From the NCBI GenBank assembly GCA_048013815.1, contig CM106586.1, forward strand, positions 9,300,001-9,364,000: 64,000 nucleotides of DNA. The letters run 5' to 3'. The notes under the pieces are model-generated. The model had not been told where the DNA came from and did no database searches. It saw nothing but the letters and a program-made list of their open reading frames with translations. This stretch comes from Setoptus koraiensis (lineage: Eukaryota > Animalia > Arthropoda). The translations under genes and the position numbers were made by a program. Below, piece after piece: positions 61,776 to 64,000 of this stretch (positions within the stretch are counted from its first letter, which is position 1; each line of letters starts with the position of its first letter).

Positions 61776-62369
61776 GATGACGATAACCGATGCTCGAGAC
61801 CGTGAACCTCATCGCTTGTGATGACAGCCAAGGGCCAGCAGCAATTACAGTGCACATTGTCATAAATAGTCATAATGGTCATGGCGCACCACCGAGCCAG
61901 CTGTGACAAATGTCAAAGTCAGCTGATCCGTTTGACTGTCAAACTTTGACAGCGCAATTAGGCGACAATGGTAACAACAACTGACGGCCAGCCAATATCA
62001 CTGGCTACTCATGCGTCAATAGCAGCCATCAATACAATGTAATAGCCGGCAAGCTGGCAAGTTGTTGTCACTGGCGAGCTTGTGTGTTTACACTCTGTAG
62101 TGTGCTCTGTAGTGTGCTCTGTAGTGTGGAGTTGCAAACAAGGGCAACCCGTCAGATAACATTGCAGAGAATATCGCAGAGAATGACATTAGAGAGACAT
62201 TGTTTTATTATCGCGGCCGCGGCAAGTGTGCGTCGACCACGCTTGAACTGTCATTTGGCTGTCAAACTGCATCGGCCTGTCAAACTGATACGAGCCATCA
62301 TATGGCTCATATCATATTGGCCATATGATATGGCTCGTATGACGGCTGTGAGAACGGTGTGTGACTTGC

Positions 62370-62480
62370 GATGACACTGTTGCGATGACACTGTCGCGAT
62401 GACACTGTCGCGACGACAATGTTGCGATGACACTGTTGTGACGACACTGTTGCGATGACACTGTCGCACTGACGACAGTG
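62370..62480. repeat. Imperfect 14-bp tandem repeat (GATGACACTGTYGC), about 7 copies
   Basis: Read directly. Confidence 0.8.
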
Positions 62481-64000
62481 TCATCACAACGGCGGCCGGC
62501 AGCGTTGCGTCCCAGTGACAAGAGTCGGTTGGCCCTCGTTTGTGGCGGTGTGGTCAGTATCGGCATCCCTGGCGACGCTGCTGGCAACACCAACGGCATC
62601 AGCTGTTCGTGACAGTTGCCCGACTGGCCGCGAACAGCTGAGCTCGGCGAGGGCCAGTGCGCAGGTTTCGAGTGGGCAAGTTTTATTGCGCAACAATGTT
62701 TATTACAATGTTTATTTGTATCACTTTCATCGGGTTAATCGTGTAAATAATGCGCTCGTTTTGCCATTGTGCATGGCCAGTGGTCACTTGCGCAGTCACA
62801 CTTAGTTGGCTGGTCAGCTGTTGTTGCCTAAACTGGCAAGTGGTGGGTGTTGCTGTACATATGTCTGTATATCTGTATAAATATCTGTATGTATCTGTGT
62901 ACATCTGTTTGGCGAGCGATGATTGATTTCTCGGCCGGCCGGCCGGCCGGTGTTCGACGGCGGCGGCGGCAGCAGCAACTGTCAGAGGCAACTGTCAGAG
63001 GCAACTGTCAGTCGCAACACCAACAACAACAACAACGAGCCAATTTGACAATTGCCGCGCGCACTGACAGCGGCAATGGTCAAATTGACGGCGACATGGG
63101 CACACGGCCCAACGATCGCGCAGAGGCCATCAGATAGGCAGCGGATAAATGCGCACAGTGCGCGGACAGTCGGCGGCCAATAACGGCGAGCGCAATTTGG
63201 CGAGATTAGGTCGCTGTAGCAAATTGGACAAATGGTTGCAAATGGTCGCAAATGGTTGCAAATGGTTGCAAATGGTTAGCTAACAATATCTATCAGCTAT
63301 CAGCTGATGGCCGGCGAGTATTGCGCTCAATATTGAACTCAATTATGGCAAGCGGACAGACGAGAGCGATTAGTGTAGGAGATTAACTTAATGATACACA
63401 CCAACAACTGGCCGCTATCTGTTGAAAAATCTCTGCAACCAAATGGTAACATCTTACAAGTGTTGTTAGGGCTAATAAGCTGTGTTTTGGGCAGCAAGTG
63501 CGCGAGCAAAAATACTCGCTAAATACTCTCCGCTTGCTAAATAGTATTTTGTTGCGATAACGCGCTCGGGCCGGCCGATTCAAATCAGCGCGCTGTGGCA
63601 ATCGATTTGATGTGTCATTCGCCAATCCGATCGCTTAGCCAGACCGCAACAAGTGCCTTGCCAGCGAGCGACTTGGCTCGTTAGACGATTGTTGTCGCTC
63701 GGCTTACGACGCGCTGCCCGTTGCGACCGGCCGCTAACTGGCCGCCACTTTCAAGGTGTCCAATAATAATAATAATTCCGTTATCCAGCCGCCAGATTAT
63801 CTGACCATCAGTGCGTGTACAGTGTGCCGCTCGTACAGGAAGTTGTGCAATTATCGCCAATGCCATTGCCGATAACACAAACCGGCAACAGGTCGCTCTG
63901 ACAGGTTGTTGCCGTTACTGGCCGCCGTGTTGTGTCACTGTCGCCGTTGTGTCACTGCTAACTGCCCATGCCAGCCAACAGTGACGCAACGTGTCCACGC

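Overview
Eukaryotic (arthropod) genomic DNA; the compact, mostly intron-poor housekeeping genes and heavy microsatellite load suggest a small-genome mite, but that is inference. No prokaryotic features, tRNA, rRNA or CRISPR were recognised. 1-18 kb is a compact, AT-richer block: BolA2-like (+), a membrin/GOSR2 SNARE remnant with an in-frame stop (+), COMMD10-like (-), a hAT MITE with a perfect 8-bp TSD, an activin/Dawdle-like TGF-beta ligand (+), RpS10 (-), AP-1 gamma lacking its ear domain (+), and a 68-aa orphan membrane ORF (-). That orphan sits behind a diverged duplicate of the RpS10 promoter/5' leader, next to two long tandem hairpins. 18.3-55.2 kb is one giant minus-strand cadherin gene (Cad89D-like). 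I reconstructed 22 phase-consistent exons by hand (about 4050 aa, about 29 EC repeats, one 7.9-kb exon, one 21-nt micro-exon); the first exon was not located. One intron hosts a complete antisense two-exon gene for an unrecognised, probably secreted 239-aa protein. The large introns and 55-64 kb are GC-richer non-coding DNA full of local tandem micro-duplications and repeated bZIP and Snail/Scratch-type motifs.
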